Shown: positions 1 to 9,471 of the stretch, piece by piece
Layout: every line of letters begins with the position of its first letter
How positions within the stretch are numbered: the stretch's first letter is position 1
Program-made: the position numbers and the translations under genes
The notes under the pieces: model-generated
The model's database searches: none
Told to the model about the DNA's origin: nothing
The model's input: the letters and a program-made list of their open reading frames with translations, nothing else
DNA from: Candidatus Anstonellales archaeon
Lineage (GTDB): Archaea > Micrarchaeota > Micrarchaeia > Anstonellales > J096
Length of the DNA: 64,000 nt
Assembly: GCA_038890745.1 (NCBI GenBank)
Contig: JAWAFD010000002.1
Span: 1 to 64,000 of the forward strand
Reading direction: 5' to 3'

Positions 1-278
1 CTTTGCTCCTAATAAGATAGGGGGGTAGAAGCGTGAGGGGGGAATAAGAATATGCTTAAGTCCCCCCTTGGCTAGTGGAAGAGGCAGGTGATGCGGCGAA
101 ACAAGTGCGACCCAGAAGTTTAGGTGGTTTGGGTCGCACCGAAGCCCTTCGGGTTGTTTCACCGCATCAGGGGGTCTGAGAATAAGTTAAAGTACCCCCT
201 GGTCTAACTTTTGCTCGTATAAGATAGGGGGTGGAAGAGGCAGGGGGTCTGAGAATAAGTTAAAGTACCCCCTGGTCT
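1..278 (+). repeat. Cluster of tRNA-intron-related repeat modules (5' end cut by window edge)
   Basis: 38-bp exact direct repeat at 168-205 and 241-278; TTTTGCTCGTATAAGATAGGGGG at 209-231; diverged copy at 2-80; all match the introns at 45528-45663 and 48472-48607. Confidence 0.9.
89..169. mobile_element. MITE-like palindromic insertion
   Basis: Terminal inverted repeats 89-104/154-169 (15/16 match); inner stem GTGCGACCCA/TGGGTCGCAC; interrupts GAGGCAGGGGGTC, which is intact at 237-249. Confidence 0.5.
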
Positions 279-280
279 CA

Positions 281-427
281 CGGGCCCGGAGGGATTTGAA
301 CCCTCGACCTTCGCCTTTCTCCAAAAACTTCTAAAGACATTAATGGATAGAAGCTGAGGACCACTTACTACTCTTAGACCCTCCGGCTTAGGAGAGCGCC
401 GCTCTATCCAAGCTGAGCTACGGGCCC
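281..427 (-). tRNA. tRNA-Arg(CCT) with 72-nt intron at 37/38 (317-388)
   Basis: Acceptor GGGCCCG/CGGGCCC, D-arm, GGTTCAAATCC T-arm; anticodon CCT at 392-390; central helix CTCC/GGAG. Confidence 0.9.
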
Positions 428-486
428 TAGGCTAATTTAATAACAAAAAGAATTAAAAATCAAGAGCAAAAAAGGGGAAGAAAAAA

Positions 487-582
487 TTACTCGAACTCTT
501 CCTCCTCTTCTTCAAAATCTTCATCCTCGTCGAAGTCCTCTTCCTCCCAATCCTCTTCCTCATCCATTCTTAGTGGTTTCAT
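487..582 (-). CDS. 31-aa hyperacidic small protein
   Basis: MKPLRMDEEEDWEEEDFDEDEDFEEEEEEFE; AGGTGA SD at 592-587; T-tracts after the stop. Confidence 0.65.
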   Translation of the reverse strand: MKPLRMDEEEDWEEEDFDEDEDFEEEEEEFE

Positions 583-700
583 CCGATCACCTTAAGTGCT
601 AACCGATAAATAGCAGAAAGGTTTTTAAGTTTTTGTTTGATTTGGGCACTCGCATGAAAAAATGATAATGTATAAAAATCCTTTTGCGCATTTCTAATCC

Positions 701-1516
701 ATGAAGCGCGCTCTTGCATTACTGTTATTGTTTTTTCTTTCCAACGCTGCATTCTACATTCAGCAGATAAACATAGATTTTTATGTGAAAGATGATGGAA
801 CCGTGACCGCAAAGGAGAGGATAAAGGTTTTGGTTGAAGGAGAAACCGATGTTGCGAGGTACAATGCCGCGCTTAACAAGGATGACCTTGCAACATGGGC
901 AGAACTCATAGGAAGCGGTGATATAAGGGTGCATGTAAACCGGGATGTTGTGAACGTTCAGAACCTTGCAGTCAGACCGCAACCGCTTAGCCACAGCTTA
1001 GCTTCTGACACATGGAGAGGAGAGATAATCATAACTTACGATGCATTGGAGTATACATCAGAAGATGGAGAAATTGTAAAAGGGACCGGAATGTTTAATG
1101 CAGTTGACATAAGCCCGAGAATTACGCAGTATGAGCTAAGGGACAATGCTCTTTCTTTGAGAACAACAACCGGTGGCGACTATATATTGGAAAGTGGCCA
1201 AAAGCTAACCTTCTATCTTCCTGACAATGCCGTTGTGATGGACCTTAACCCCATGCCACGCTCGCTTGCCATATCCCTTCCGGCTAGGCTTGAAAGCGTT
1301 AGCTGGTCAGATTCTATTCTTGTCGGTCATACCTTTGTTTTCAAGGTTGAGAAAGGGATGGATGATGAGATCTATACTTTTTTCAAAGATGCAGAAAGAA
1401 GGCTGGTATACATTGGAAAAACTACAGAGGGAATGGCCTTGATTGTGATGTTTGGTGCGATTCTTCTCACCTATGTTTACCTTCAGTACAGTAAATCCGC
1501 GAGGAAGAGAGCATGA
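701..1516 (+). CDS. Secreted protein with C-terminal membrane anchor
   Basis: Signal peptide; C-terminal TM helix followed by basic tail. Confidence 0.75.
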   Translation: MKRALALLLLFFLSNAAFYIQQINIDFYVKDDGTVTAKERIKVLVEGETDVARYNAALNKDDLATWAELIGSGDIRVHVNRDVVNVQNLAVRPQPLSHSLASDTWRGEIIITYDALEYTSEDGEIVKGTGMFNAVDISPRITQYELRDNALSLRTTTGGDYILESGQKLTFYLPDNAVVMDLNPMPRSLAISLPARLESVSWSDSILVGHTFVFKVEKGMDDEIYTFFKDAERRLVYIGKTTEGMALIVMFGAILLTYVYLQYSKSARKRA

Positions 1517-2901
1517 TACTCCACGAGTATGAAAGTAGCATTTTAGAATATTTGAAAAAGACAAAAAGAGCAGAGGATGGGGAGCTTGTAAAGAGTCTCT
1601 CTCTCCCGCTTGATGGTGTGAGAAGGGCAGCGTACTGGCTTAGCGAAAAAGGGCTGGCTAAAATTTCCGAGAAGGAAGAAATAGCATACGAGATTACGGA
1701 TGAGGGAAAGCGCTTTCTTATGGAGGGTTTTCCCGAAGAAAGAGTTCTTGAATACAACGGAAAAAGCATAAATGCGCTTGAAGAGGAGCTGAAAACAATA
1801 GGGCTTGGGAAAGCAAAGAAGGAAGGATGGATAGAGATCGAGAACGGAGTTATAAAAGTTTTGAAAAGGCCGGAAAAATACCACCTGCGCGAAGCTTTGG
1901 AAAGAAAAAAACCTGAGCCAGAGCTTCTGCATAGAAAACTTCTCGTTGAGAAAAGGGAGAAGCATTATTCTATTCAAATTACAGAAAAAGGAATGGAGTT
2001 CTCTACAAAAGAAGAAAGGGGGATAGGTGAGCTGACTTCGGATATAATAAAAAGCGGCGAGTGGAAAGAGAAGGGGTTTAGGCCATATAACATAAAATTT
2101 GAGAAAGGAGGGATTAAACCCGGAAGAAAACACCCAATCACTATTGCAATAGAAAAGATAAGCAGAATTTTCAGGGATATGGGTTTTGTTGAGATGCAGG
2201 GCGGGTATGTTGAAACTGCCTTCTGGAACTTTGATGCACTTTTCCAGCCGCAGGACCATCCGGCAAGAGACCTCGCAGACACTTTTTATTTAGATGGGGA
2301 AAGCAAAGAGAAAATAGATGAACAGCTTATAAAAAGGGTAAAAAAGCAACACGAGAAATCTTGGAATTACAAGTGGAGTTTTGAAGAGGCAAGAAAGCTT
2401 GTTCTCAGAACGCACACAACTGTTTTGAGTGCGCGAACACTTGCAAAATTAAAAAAAGGGACTGGCAAATTCTTTTCCATAGGCCGTGTTTTCAGAAACG
2501 AGGCAACAGATTTCAAGCACCTTGCCGAGTTCCATCAGATAGAAGGGATTGTTGTATGGAAAAAGGCAAACTTCCGACACCTTCTTGGTGTGCTGAAAGA
2601 GTTCTACTCAAGACTTGGTTTTGAGAAGATAAGGTTCAGGCCGAGTTATTTTCCGTATACAGAGCCGAGCTTGGAGGTTGAGGTATTTTTTGAGCCGAAA
2701 AATGAGTGGATGGAGCTAGGGGGTGCAGGAATATTTAGACCTGAGGTGTGCAAGCCGTTAGGTGCAACCTGGCCTGTGCTTGCATGGGGGCTTAGTTTGG
2801 AAAGACCACTCATGATGATGCTTGGGCTTGAGGATATAAGAACATTCTACAAAAACGATTTGAGATGGCTTGATTCGGTTTCATCCAAGGGGGTATTCTA
2901 A
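1513..2901 (+). CDS. pheS: Phenylalanine-tRNA ligase alpha subunit
   Basis: NFDALFQPQDHPAR, LRTHTT, FRNE..EFHQIEG, FPYTEPS motifs. Confidence 0.98.
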   Translation: MILHEYESSILEYLKKTKRAEDGELVKSLSLPLDGVRRAAYWLSEKGLAKISEKEEIAYEITDEGKRFLMEGFPEERVLEYNGKSINALEEELKTIGLGKAKKEGWIEIENGVIKVLKRPEKYHLREALERKKPEPELLHRKLLVEKREKHYSIQITEKGMEFSTKEERGIGELTSDIIKSGEWKEKGFRPYNIKFEKGGIKPGRKHPITIAIEKISRIFRDMGFVEMQGGYVETAFWNFDALFQPQDHPARDLADTFYLDGESKEKIDEQLIKRVKKQHEKSWNYKWSFEEARKLVLRTHTTVLSARTLAKLKKGTGKFFSIGRVFRNEATDFKHLAEFHQIEGIVVWKKANFRHLLGVLKEFYSRLGFEKIRFRPSYFPYTEPSLEVEVFFEPKNEWMELGGAGIFRPEVCKPLGATWPVLAWGLSLERPLMMMLGLEDIRTFYKNDLRWLDSVSSKGVF

Positions 2902-4641
2902 TTGAAGAAAATCTTCTTCTTGCTTTTGGCTATCTGCTTTTTGTATTCAACCAGCGTTGGGATTGCGCAGGATGTACTCTACTCCTATGTTGGAAACAAA
3001 ACTGGTGTTCTTGCGTCGTTGAAATACCCGCCTTCCAAAACAATAGTGCTTGTGAATGGGGAGTATAAGGAAACGATCAAGGATAAGGTTTCAACCTTAA
3101 GCCAGTATGGAATAACCATAAGAGAGCTCTCACCCTCAGCAGCGGTCTCATCCAGCAATTCACTCATTATAATATGCTCTTCAGCGATGCCAAGAGAATT
3201 TCTAAACAGTAGCGATGTTTTTGACAGGAACAGAGTTGTTTATTTTGGAAGGATGAACCTCGTTCTTGATGAGGATGGGATGAGAGAGGAGGATTGGTCC
3301 TTAAACTTCGCAAAAAACTTCGTTGCCCTTGATGGTGTGGATACCCTTCTTGGAAAAAATGATGCCTATTTTCTCTTTGATGTCTATGAGATAGAAGATA
3401 TTAGGGAAGGAAAGGGGATGGTGTATGTTTCTGCAAAGGAATCCAAAAATGGGAGGGTTTTGGTTGGGAATGAAGTTATCGATGGTTCATTTGAAATCCT
3501 GCCCGTTCGCATAAGCGGGAAAAACGAGATATATGTATGGGAGAGCACAGAGCTTGCGTTTACGGTTCCAAGGGCAGATGGAGCCGGCTTTTTCTCGATT
3601 GAAAAAGACGGTAAGAATGTTTATGAAAAGAAGTTAGGGTTTATCACCTCTCCGAAAGCTTTTGTGGAAAGGCTCTCTTTCAACGAGAGCGGGATGTATA
3701 TTGCAAAGGTATATGACCGGCTGAACCTGCTCGGTGCTATGCTCATCATTGTAAAGGGGGTTGAGATTGAATATATCGGTAAAAAGGATGTTAACCAGAT
3801 TTTCAACATTACTATAAACGGAGAGCCGGTTAATTCCGGGTTTGCTTATGTTTCTGTTGGAGGAGGGGTGGAGAGAAGGTTGCCTATTGTCGATGGGATT
3901 CTTGTTGTTCCCGCGAAGTTGAAAAAGGGAGACAACGTTTTCAGAATAAGGTATTTGAGTTTTGAAAAAGAGATCAACGTACAGAGTGAGGTTTCGAGTG
4001 TATGGGATGTGTATATCACCTATGGAATTCCCGGTGCGATACTCATCATTGTAGCTTTTATATATGGTAAAATGGCAAGAAAACCAACATACCGAATAAT
4101 AACGCACGAGGCTGCTGAGGAGCTGCTTGGTAGAAAGGCTGTTAGCGTAGAGGATATAAAGGATGTTTTTAGGTATGTGGAAAAGCATTTTGGATGGAAG
4201 GATGTTCCGCTCACCGTAAAGGATGTTTCTTGGGGAATAAAGGAGACAATAGCAGAAGGGATGGATGTAAGCGAGGGAAATGTTGAGGAGATTCTGAAAA
4301 AGCTTGAGAAGAAGGGAGTGGTTGAGAGCTATGCGGGATATTATCAGATAAAAGGAACCGGTGATATAAAAACAAACGTTATTAGAAGAATAATCCGAGA
4401 TATCCTTGTTGAAAAAGGGGTGTCTTTCAAGGAGGATGCCGGTGTTTTCAAGACAGACAGCTGGAAGATCGGTCCGCCAAGGAACAAGCTTGGGAAGAAT
4501 GAGATGATCGTTGTATTCGATGAGAAGGAGAAAAGAGAGTTCATGCGCGGATTGGGAGAACTCGAGCCGAAAATTCGGTTGAAGATGGGGAATGGAATAG
4601 TCCGGCTGGTTACTTTGGATGAGTTGAGGGAAATTTTATGA
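2902..4641 (+). CDS. Hypothetical single-pass membrane protein (TTG start)
   Basis: Signal peptide, beta-rich extracellular part, internal TM helix, cytoplasmic C-terminus. Confidence 0.7.
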   Translation: MKKIFFLLLAICFLYSTSVGIAQDVLYSYVGNKTGVLASLKYPPSKTIVLVNGEYKETIKDKVSTLSQYGITIRELSPSAAVSSSNSLIIICSSAMPREFLNSSDVFDRNRVVYFGRMNLVLDEDGMREEDWSLNFAKNFVALDGVDTLLGKNDAYFLFDVYEIEDIREGKGMVYVSAKESKNGRVLVGNEVIDGSFEILPVRISGKNEIYVWESTELAFTVPRADGAGFFSIEKDGKNVYEKKLGFITSPKAFVERLSFNESGMYIAKVYDRLNLLGAMLIIVKGVEIEYIGKKDVNQIFNITINGEPVNSGFAYVSVGGGVERRLPIVDGILVVPAKLKKGDNVFRIRYLSFEKEINVQSEVSSVWDVYITYGIPGAILIIVAFIYGKMARKPTYRIITHEAAEELLGRKAVSVEDIKDVFRYVEKHFGWKDVPLTVKDVSWGIKETIAEGMDVSEGNVEEILKKLEKKGVVESYAGYYQIKGTGDIKTNVIRRIIRDILVEKGVSFKEDAGVFKTDSWKIGPPRNKLGKNEMIVVFDEKEKREFMRGLGELEPKIRLKMGNGIVRLVTLDELREIL

Positions 4642-5855
4642 GTCTGCTGAGAGTTTTTTTGCTCTCGCTGTTTTTTTCTTTTATTTTTTCTGGTGCTTAT
4701 GAAGACCCACCGATACCTGAGGTTTTTGCTCATAATCAACAGATTGCACCCTCACTCGTAGACTACATCCCTCCAGGACAGGAAGGGGTTCCTACGTATG
4801 ATGAGCCGGTTTCATATGCAAGCATGAAGCTTCTAACAATAGACCCTAGCGTTGATGATAGGATTGCTGCAGAGGATATGCATTATTTAATCTGGACATG
4901 GGGGGAGCATCATGGGGATGATTTGCACAAGGATGTTGGAGGGGGATGCGATGGGCATAAAAACGAGAATGTTCTGGTGTCAAAAGGAAAGCCGAAAGTT
5001 TCCGGAAACATCACATTCTCTTTTATGGGAAAGAAAAAAACAGTTGAGATAAACCCGGATGAAACAAGAGTTCAAGTCCCATTTGCCACGCATGATCTCT
5101 GGATGACAAATGGCCATTCTGAGCTTAAAGCAACCCTCGATGGACAGATAGAGTTCCCATATACATTGAAAAAGATAAGATGGCATGAGGAATGCGATGA
5201 GGATGAGGAGGGGGGCGAGGATTGTCATTGCGAGAAAGACGTATTTATAGAGGATGCAACCATACTAAAAGAGTTTTACAGTTCTATTGCTTACACTGTA
5301 GAAGGCGGGAATGTTGTTTTTTTTACTTTTCAGCCACCAATCGGTGAGCAGTGGTATGTGAACAACCACTTCAACAATCTTATTTTTTCAAAGAGAAAAT
5401 TCTACAGGTTTGTTTTCTACATTGATGGGATGGAGTACGGAAGAAGGCAGCTTTACACTTTTGATACCTATGATGATGTTTATGGCGTTTGGTATATCGA
5501 AAGCGAACGGGATGAGTACGGGGATGGGGAGAGCGAGGAGACATGGTACAAACAAAATGTAAAACCATATTTAATAGAAGAAATACCGGAAACATTCTGC
5601 TATATTTATCGCTCAGATTTTCCGCACTACCCTTCCTTTGGTCCAAAAATCATTTCAACAGAAGCATACGACCATTTTCTAAGAACATACAAATATGATA
5701 GATTTATCGCGCACAGGGAGAATACCGCGGGCAATTACTACGGAGATGCTTTCTACCGGCCGAGCGTGAGCTATGATTACGGAAAGATAAACATGATATA
5801 CTTTGTATTTCCGTTTTTACTCGTAATTCTGATTGTGCTCATTTTCTATAGGTGA
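4638..5855 (+). CDS. Secreted, C-terminally anchored hypothetical protein
   Basis: Signal peptide and C-terminal TM; ATGA overlap with upstream gene. Confidence 0.7.
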   Translation: MSLLRVFLLSLFFSFIFSGAYEDPPIPEVFAHNQQIAPSLVDYIPPGQEGVPTYDEPVSYASMKLLTIDPSVDDRIAAEDMHYLIWTWGEHHGDDLHKDVGGGCDGHKNENVLVSKGKPKVSGNITFSFMGKKKTVEINPDETRVQVPFATHDLWMTNGHSELKATLDGQIEFPYTLKKIRWHEECDEDEEGGEDCHCEKDVFIEDATILKEFYSSIAYTVEGGNVVFFTFQPPIGEQWYVNNHFNNLIFSKRKFYRFVFYIDGMEYGRRQLYTFDTYDDVYGVWYIESERDEYGDGESEETWYKQNVKPYLIEEIPETFCYIYRSDFPHYPSFGPKIISTEAYDHFLRTYKYDRFIAHRENTAGNYYGDAFYRPSVSYDYGKINMIYFVFPFLLVILIVLIFYR

Positions 5856-5859
5856 TTGA

Positions 5860-6447
5860 TTATCTTATTTCAATACTTATGTTTAAGCCCTCAATAGGTA
5901 CGGCTATTCCGTATGAAGTTATTTTGTACCAGTGGCCATTTACTTTTTCAAATATCTTGACCCCATCTTTATCATATATAACCGCTGTTTTGCTATCTAC
6001 CTCTACAACCCTTGCGTTTTCGTAGATCGTTGAACCGTATACAACAGTTGCGGTTTTTTCTTTTGAGGTTGGAATACGGAATTCATCAACTTCTGGTTTT
6101 TCATCAACATAAGGGGTTATACTTAGGTTAAGGGCTATGCTGGGGTTTGAGGTAGGCCTCCACCCTCTACTTGACGGATCCCATCTATAAACGACATTCC
6201 CTCCATTGTCTTCTATCCATTTTCCTCCGCCGGGCTCTTCAACGAGCACCATCTGAGTATTCTCCCCACGTGCCGTCCCTACATTTATTTTTGTTCTTTT
6301 TATATTCACATTTTCAACAATCTCTGTTCCAACCCAGCCCACTTTACTCTCCCCTCTTCCAGATGCGCACCCAGATGCATAAGTACCCGCTCCGCTTAAC
6401 ATAAAAAGAGCAAGTGCCTTTACTCCAATGTTTTTCATTTTTCCCAT
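5860..6447 (-). CDS. Secreted or lipoprotein-like orphan
   Basis: Basic N-terminus, hydrophobic stretch and ASGC; GGGGGA SD. Confidence 0.65.
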   Translation of the reverse strand: MGKMKNIGVKALALFMLSGAGTYASGCASGRGESKVGWVGTEIVENVNIKRTKINVGTARGENTQMVLVEEPGGGKWIEDNGGNVVYRWDPSSRGWRPTSNPSIALNLSITPYVDEKPEVDEFRIPTSKEKTATVVYGSTIYENARVVEVDSKTAVIYDKDGVKIFEKVNGHWYKITSYGIAVPIEGLNISIEIR

Positions 6448-6560
6448 GCTATCCCCCAGAGCAATGTTTATGTTCAGTAATGTTTAAATATGTATGCCAA
6501 CATAACAGGAAAACATTTAAATAAGAAATGCTCCAAAATTAAAACTCTTAAGGTGAGAGA

Positions 6561-6977
6561 ATGGTTACAGCATTAGATGTAAATCCAAACAAGCTTATAA
6601 AAAGCGTTGCAGCCATCCTCGAGAAGGAAGGGCTGGAGAAACCGAAATTTGTTGGCCATGTGAAGACGGGAAGCCATGCAGAAAGGCCGCCTGAGCAGGA
6701 GAATTTCTGGTACATAAGGCTCGCATCACTCTTAAGGCAGGCGTATGTTCGCGGGAAAATAGGGACAAACAGGTTAAGAAGGCATTACGGAGGGAGAAAA
6801 AGACATAGGGTAAAACCAGAGCATTTCAGGCCCGCTGGGGGAAGCATTATAAGAAAAGGGATGCAGGTGCTTGAAAAGGCCGGCTACCTTACGAAAGCCC
6901 CTGATGGAAAAGGAAGAGTGCTTACGGCAAAAGGAAGAAAACTATTGGATAGCGCTGCGAAAGGGGTTGGGAAATGA
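6561..6977 (+). CDS. rps19e: 30S ribosomal protein S19e
   Basis: VKTGSHAERPP, WYIRLAS, YGGRK motifs. Confidence 0.97.
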   Translation: MVTALDVNPNKLIKSVAAILEKEGLEKPKFVGHVKTGSHAERPPEQENFWYIRLASLLRQAYVRGKIGTNRLRRHYGGRKRHRVKPEHFRPAGGSIIRKGMQVLEKAGYLTKAPDGKGRVLTAKGRKLLDSAAKGVGK

Positions 6978-7270
6978 ACGAAGAGGAAATAAGAAGAAAA
7001 AAGCTTGAGGAGTTTAGAAGAAGGCAGGAGGAAAGTGAGAAACTAGAGCAGATAAAAACAGCGCTAAGGGTTGCCCTCCAGCCGGATGCATACGATCGAG
7101 TCATGAATGTCATGCTCGCCAACCCTGAGCTTTTTCAGGGTGCCGTGCAGTACATAGTTGCCCTGTACCAAAAGGTCGGAAGAAAACTTACAGATGAGGA
7201 GGTAAGAAGGATACTCATAAGGTTGAAAGGAGAGGAAAAAAAGCCTGAAATAAGCTTTAAAAGAAAATGA
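6974..7270 (+). CDS. PDCD5-like DNA-binding protein
   Basis: EEIRRKKLEEF..LQPDAYDRV; conserved position after rps19e. Confidence 0.9.
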   Translation: MNEEEIRRKKLEEFRRRQEESEKLEQIKTALRVALQPDAYDRVMNVMLANPELFQGAVQYIVALYQKVGRKLTDEEVRRILIRLKGEEKKPEISFKRK

Positions 7271-7284
7271 GAGATGGTGAAAAT

Positions 7285-7467
7285 ATGGCTAAGAATAGTC
7301 TTGCTTTGAAAATGAGGCTGAACAAAGAGAGAAGGAAAAACAGGAGAATACCGAATTTCATAGTTGCAAAAACAAAGAGGAAGGTTGCGTATAACAAATT
7401 CAGGAGAAACTGGAGAACGGATAAACTCGGAACGAAAAAATGGAGGAGAGAGTATGGAAGGAAATGA
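7285..7467 (+). CDS. rpl39e: 50S ribosomal protein L39e
   Basis: NRRIPNFIVAKT..RRNWR; GGTGA SD before 7285. Confidence 0.92.
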   Translation: MAKNSLALKMRLNKERRKNRRIPNFIVAKTKRKVAYNKFRRNWRTDKLGTKKWRREYGRK

Positions 7468-7870
7468 GAGAATATATACTGTTCCGCTTGGGGATGCTTT
7501 TGTTAAGCCAAGAAACAAGAGAACGCCCAGGGCCATAAAAATTCTTAGGGAATTTGCAGCTAGGCACATGAAAACAGATTTCGAAAATGTTGTAATCAGC
7601 AACAGGGTGAATGCATTTATCTGGGCGCGCGGGATACAGAAGCCACCAAGGAGAATAAAGGTTAAGATGATCGCAAAAGACGGAAAGGTCCACGTTCTCA
7701 TGGTGGATGAGAAGCTTGAAGAAAAAGTAAAGGAAGTAAAAGCAGAGAAGAAAGAGGAGAAAAAAGAGGAGCCGAAGACCGAGGAAAAAAAGGAAGAGAA
7801 GAAAGAGGAGAAGGAAGAAAAGAAAAAAGCACCAAAGCACAACTGGGAAGAAAAAGGTAAGAACAAATGA
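7454..7870 (+). CDS. rpl31e: 50S ribosomal protein L31e with Lys/Glu-rich tail
   Basis: ERIYTVPL, RAIKILREF, IWARGIQKPP. Confidence 0.95.
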   Translation: MEGNERIYTVPLGDAFVKPRNKRTPRAIKILREFAARHMKTDFENVVISNRVNAFIWARGIQKPPRRIKVKMIAKDGKVHVLMVDEKLEEKVKEVKAEKKEEKKEEPKTEEKKEEKKEEKEEKKKAPKHNWEEKGKNK

Positions 7871-8523
7871 AAACCGCATATCATGGAAACCAGTACATAG
7901 GTCTTTTTGGAAAAGCTAACGATAAAGTAGTATTCCTACCGCACGATGCAAACAAATCCTTTTTTTATGCAGTAAAAGAAAGGATGGGGGCAGAGGTTGT
8001 GAAAACAAGCATTCTCCAGAGTAATCTGATTGGGGTATACATGGCCCTTACAGAAAGTTTTGCGATACTACCCCATGACATTCCTTCGTATGAGGAGGAG
8101 GTAATTTCCCAGCATGTTGAGGTTGTAAAAATAAAAAGCAGGTTCAACGCATGGGGGAACAACATAGTTGTTGGGAAATCTGTGATTGCAAACCCGCACA
8201 TAGGAGAGAATGAGATAAAGAAAATCGAGGATGCGCTCGGGAAAGAGGTTTTCAGAAAAAGTATAGCCGGCTACAGCACGGTTGGTTCGCTTTTGTGCAG
8301 GACCTCAAAAGGTTTTGTTGTTCACTACAAGGCGAGCGATGAGGAGATGAGATTTTTGGAGGATGCGCTCGGGGTGAGAGGGAGCAGGGCTACAGTGAAT
8401 ATGGGGAATGGTTTTGTTTCCATAGGGATGATGGCAAATTCAAAAGGGTATGTTGTTGGTGAGGGTACAACTGGGATAGAGATAGCAAGAATAGAGGAAG
8501 GTTTGGGATATTTGGAGGGATGA
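7867..8523 (+). CDS. eif6: Translation initiation factor 6 (aIF6)
   Basis: GNNIVV, TVGS, TVNMG, TTGIEIARIEE; operon context. Confidence 0.93.
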   Translation: MKTAYHGNQYIGLFGKANDKVVFLPHDANKSFFYAVKERMGAEVVKTSILQSNLIGVYMALTESFAILPHDIPSYEEEVISQHVEVVKIKSRFNAWGNNIVVGKSVIANPHIGENEIKKIEDALGKEVFRKSIAGYSTVGSLLCRTSKGFVVHYKASDEEMRFLEDALGVRGSRATVNMGNGFVSIGMMANSKGYVVGEGTTGIEIARIEEGLGYLEG

Positions 8524-8852
8524 AAATGGAGAGTGTGGAGTTTTCGGATTTTGCAAAAATTGTTTTAAAAACAGGAAAAATAATTTCTGCGGAAAAGGTT
8601 GCGGGGACGGATAAGCTTGTGAGAATAGAAGTAGATATTGGGGAAGAAAAGAGGCAGCTTGTTGCGGGTATAGCAAAGGACTATCCTGCGGAAAAACTGG
8701 TTGGAAAAACAATTATCGTTGTCGCGAATCTTAAGCCAAAAAAAGTTTTTGGGATAGAGAGCCAGGGTATGCTTCTTGCGGTTCAAGATGAGAAAGGGGT
8801 ATCCTTGCTAACGACTGATAGGGAGGTAAGGCCCGGGTTAAGGGTTTCGTGA
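8520..8852 (+). CDS. Stand-alone tRNA-binding OB protein (Trbp111/MetRS C-terminal/CsaA family)
   Basis: RQLVAGI..VVANLKPKKVFGIESQGMLLA. Confidence 0.92.
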   Translation: MKMESVEFSDFAKIVLKTGKIISAEKVAGTDKLVRIEVDIGEEKRQLVAGIAKDYPAEKLVGKTIIVVANLKPKKVFGIESQGMLLAVQDEKGVSLLTTDREVRPGLRVS

Positions 8853-8909
8853 TATCTGCATGCTTAAAATCCTTTACGGTTGAAAAATACAATTACATGG
8901 GGTGCTAAC

Positions 8910-9086
8910 ATGGAATATGTTGTAAAAGGAATGATAAAATTTGGCGATGGTGGAGAGAGAAAGTTTGAGAAAAGGGTAGAGGCAAAAAGCGAGAGGGATG
9001 CGAGGGAGAAGGTGTATGCTCTGTTCGGGTCTTCGAACAGGGTGAGGCGGGACAGAATAAAAATAGAGGTGGTTGAGCATGCCTGA
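8910..9086 (+). CDS. rplX: 50S ribosomal protein L18Ae/LX
   Basis: FEKRVEA..AREKVYALFGS..RDRIKI; operon context. Confidence 0.88.
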   Translation: MEYVVKGMIKFGDGGERKFEKRVEAKSERDAREKVYALFGSSNRVRRDRIKIEVVEHA

Positions 9087-9468
9087 ACTTACTGAAGAGC
9101 AGCAGAGGATTCTTTATGAGGCCAGGGTGCTGGATGCGCAGCTTAGGATGCTGAGGGCGGAGTTGGATAAGGTAGGACTTGCCCTTCTTGACCTTACGAA
9201 TTCCCTACATAGCGTTGAAAACATAGAAGTTAAGAATGCACTTGTTCCGATAGGTGGAGGGGCATTTGTAAAAGCGCAGGTTTCCGAAAGGAATATACTT
9301 GTACCGATTGGGGCAGGATATCTTCTTCTTATGGATGAAAAAACAGCAAAACAAGAAGTTGAAAAAAGAATAGAAAAAACAAAAGAGGCGGCAGAGAAGC
9401 TTAACGATGAGATAAAAAAGGTTGAGATTCGGCTTAAGGTTCTTTTGGAAAAAGCAAAAGGGTTGTGA
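9079..9468 (+). CDS. pfdA: Prefoldin alpha subunit
   Basis: LVPIGGGAFV and LVPIGAGY hairpins between coiled coils. Confidence 0.95.
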   Translation: MPELTEEQQRILYEARVLDAQLRMLRAELDKVGLALLDLTNSLHSVENIEVKNALVPIGGGAFVKAQVSERNILVPIGAGYLLLMDEKTAKQEVEKRIEKTKEAAEKLNDEIKKVEIRLKVLLEKAKGL

Positions 9469-9471
9469 TGG

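Noticed and set aside
168..278. CRISPR-like layout (38-bp repeat, 35-bp spacer, 38-bp repeat)
   Set aside because: Only two repeats; the spacer itself matches the tRNA-intron element and 75-87; no cas genes in the window
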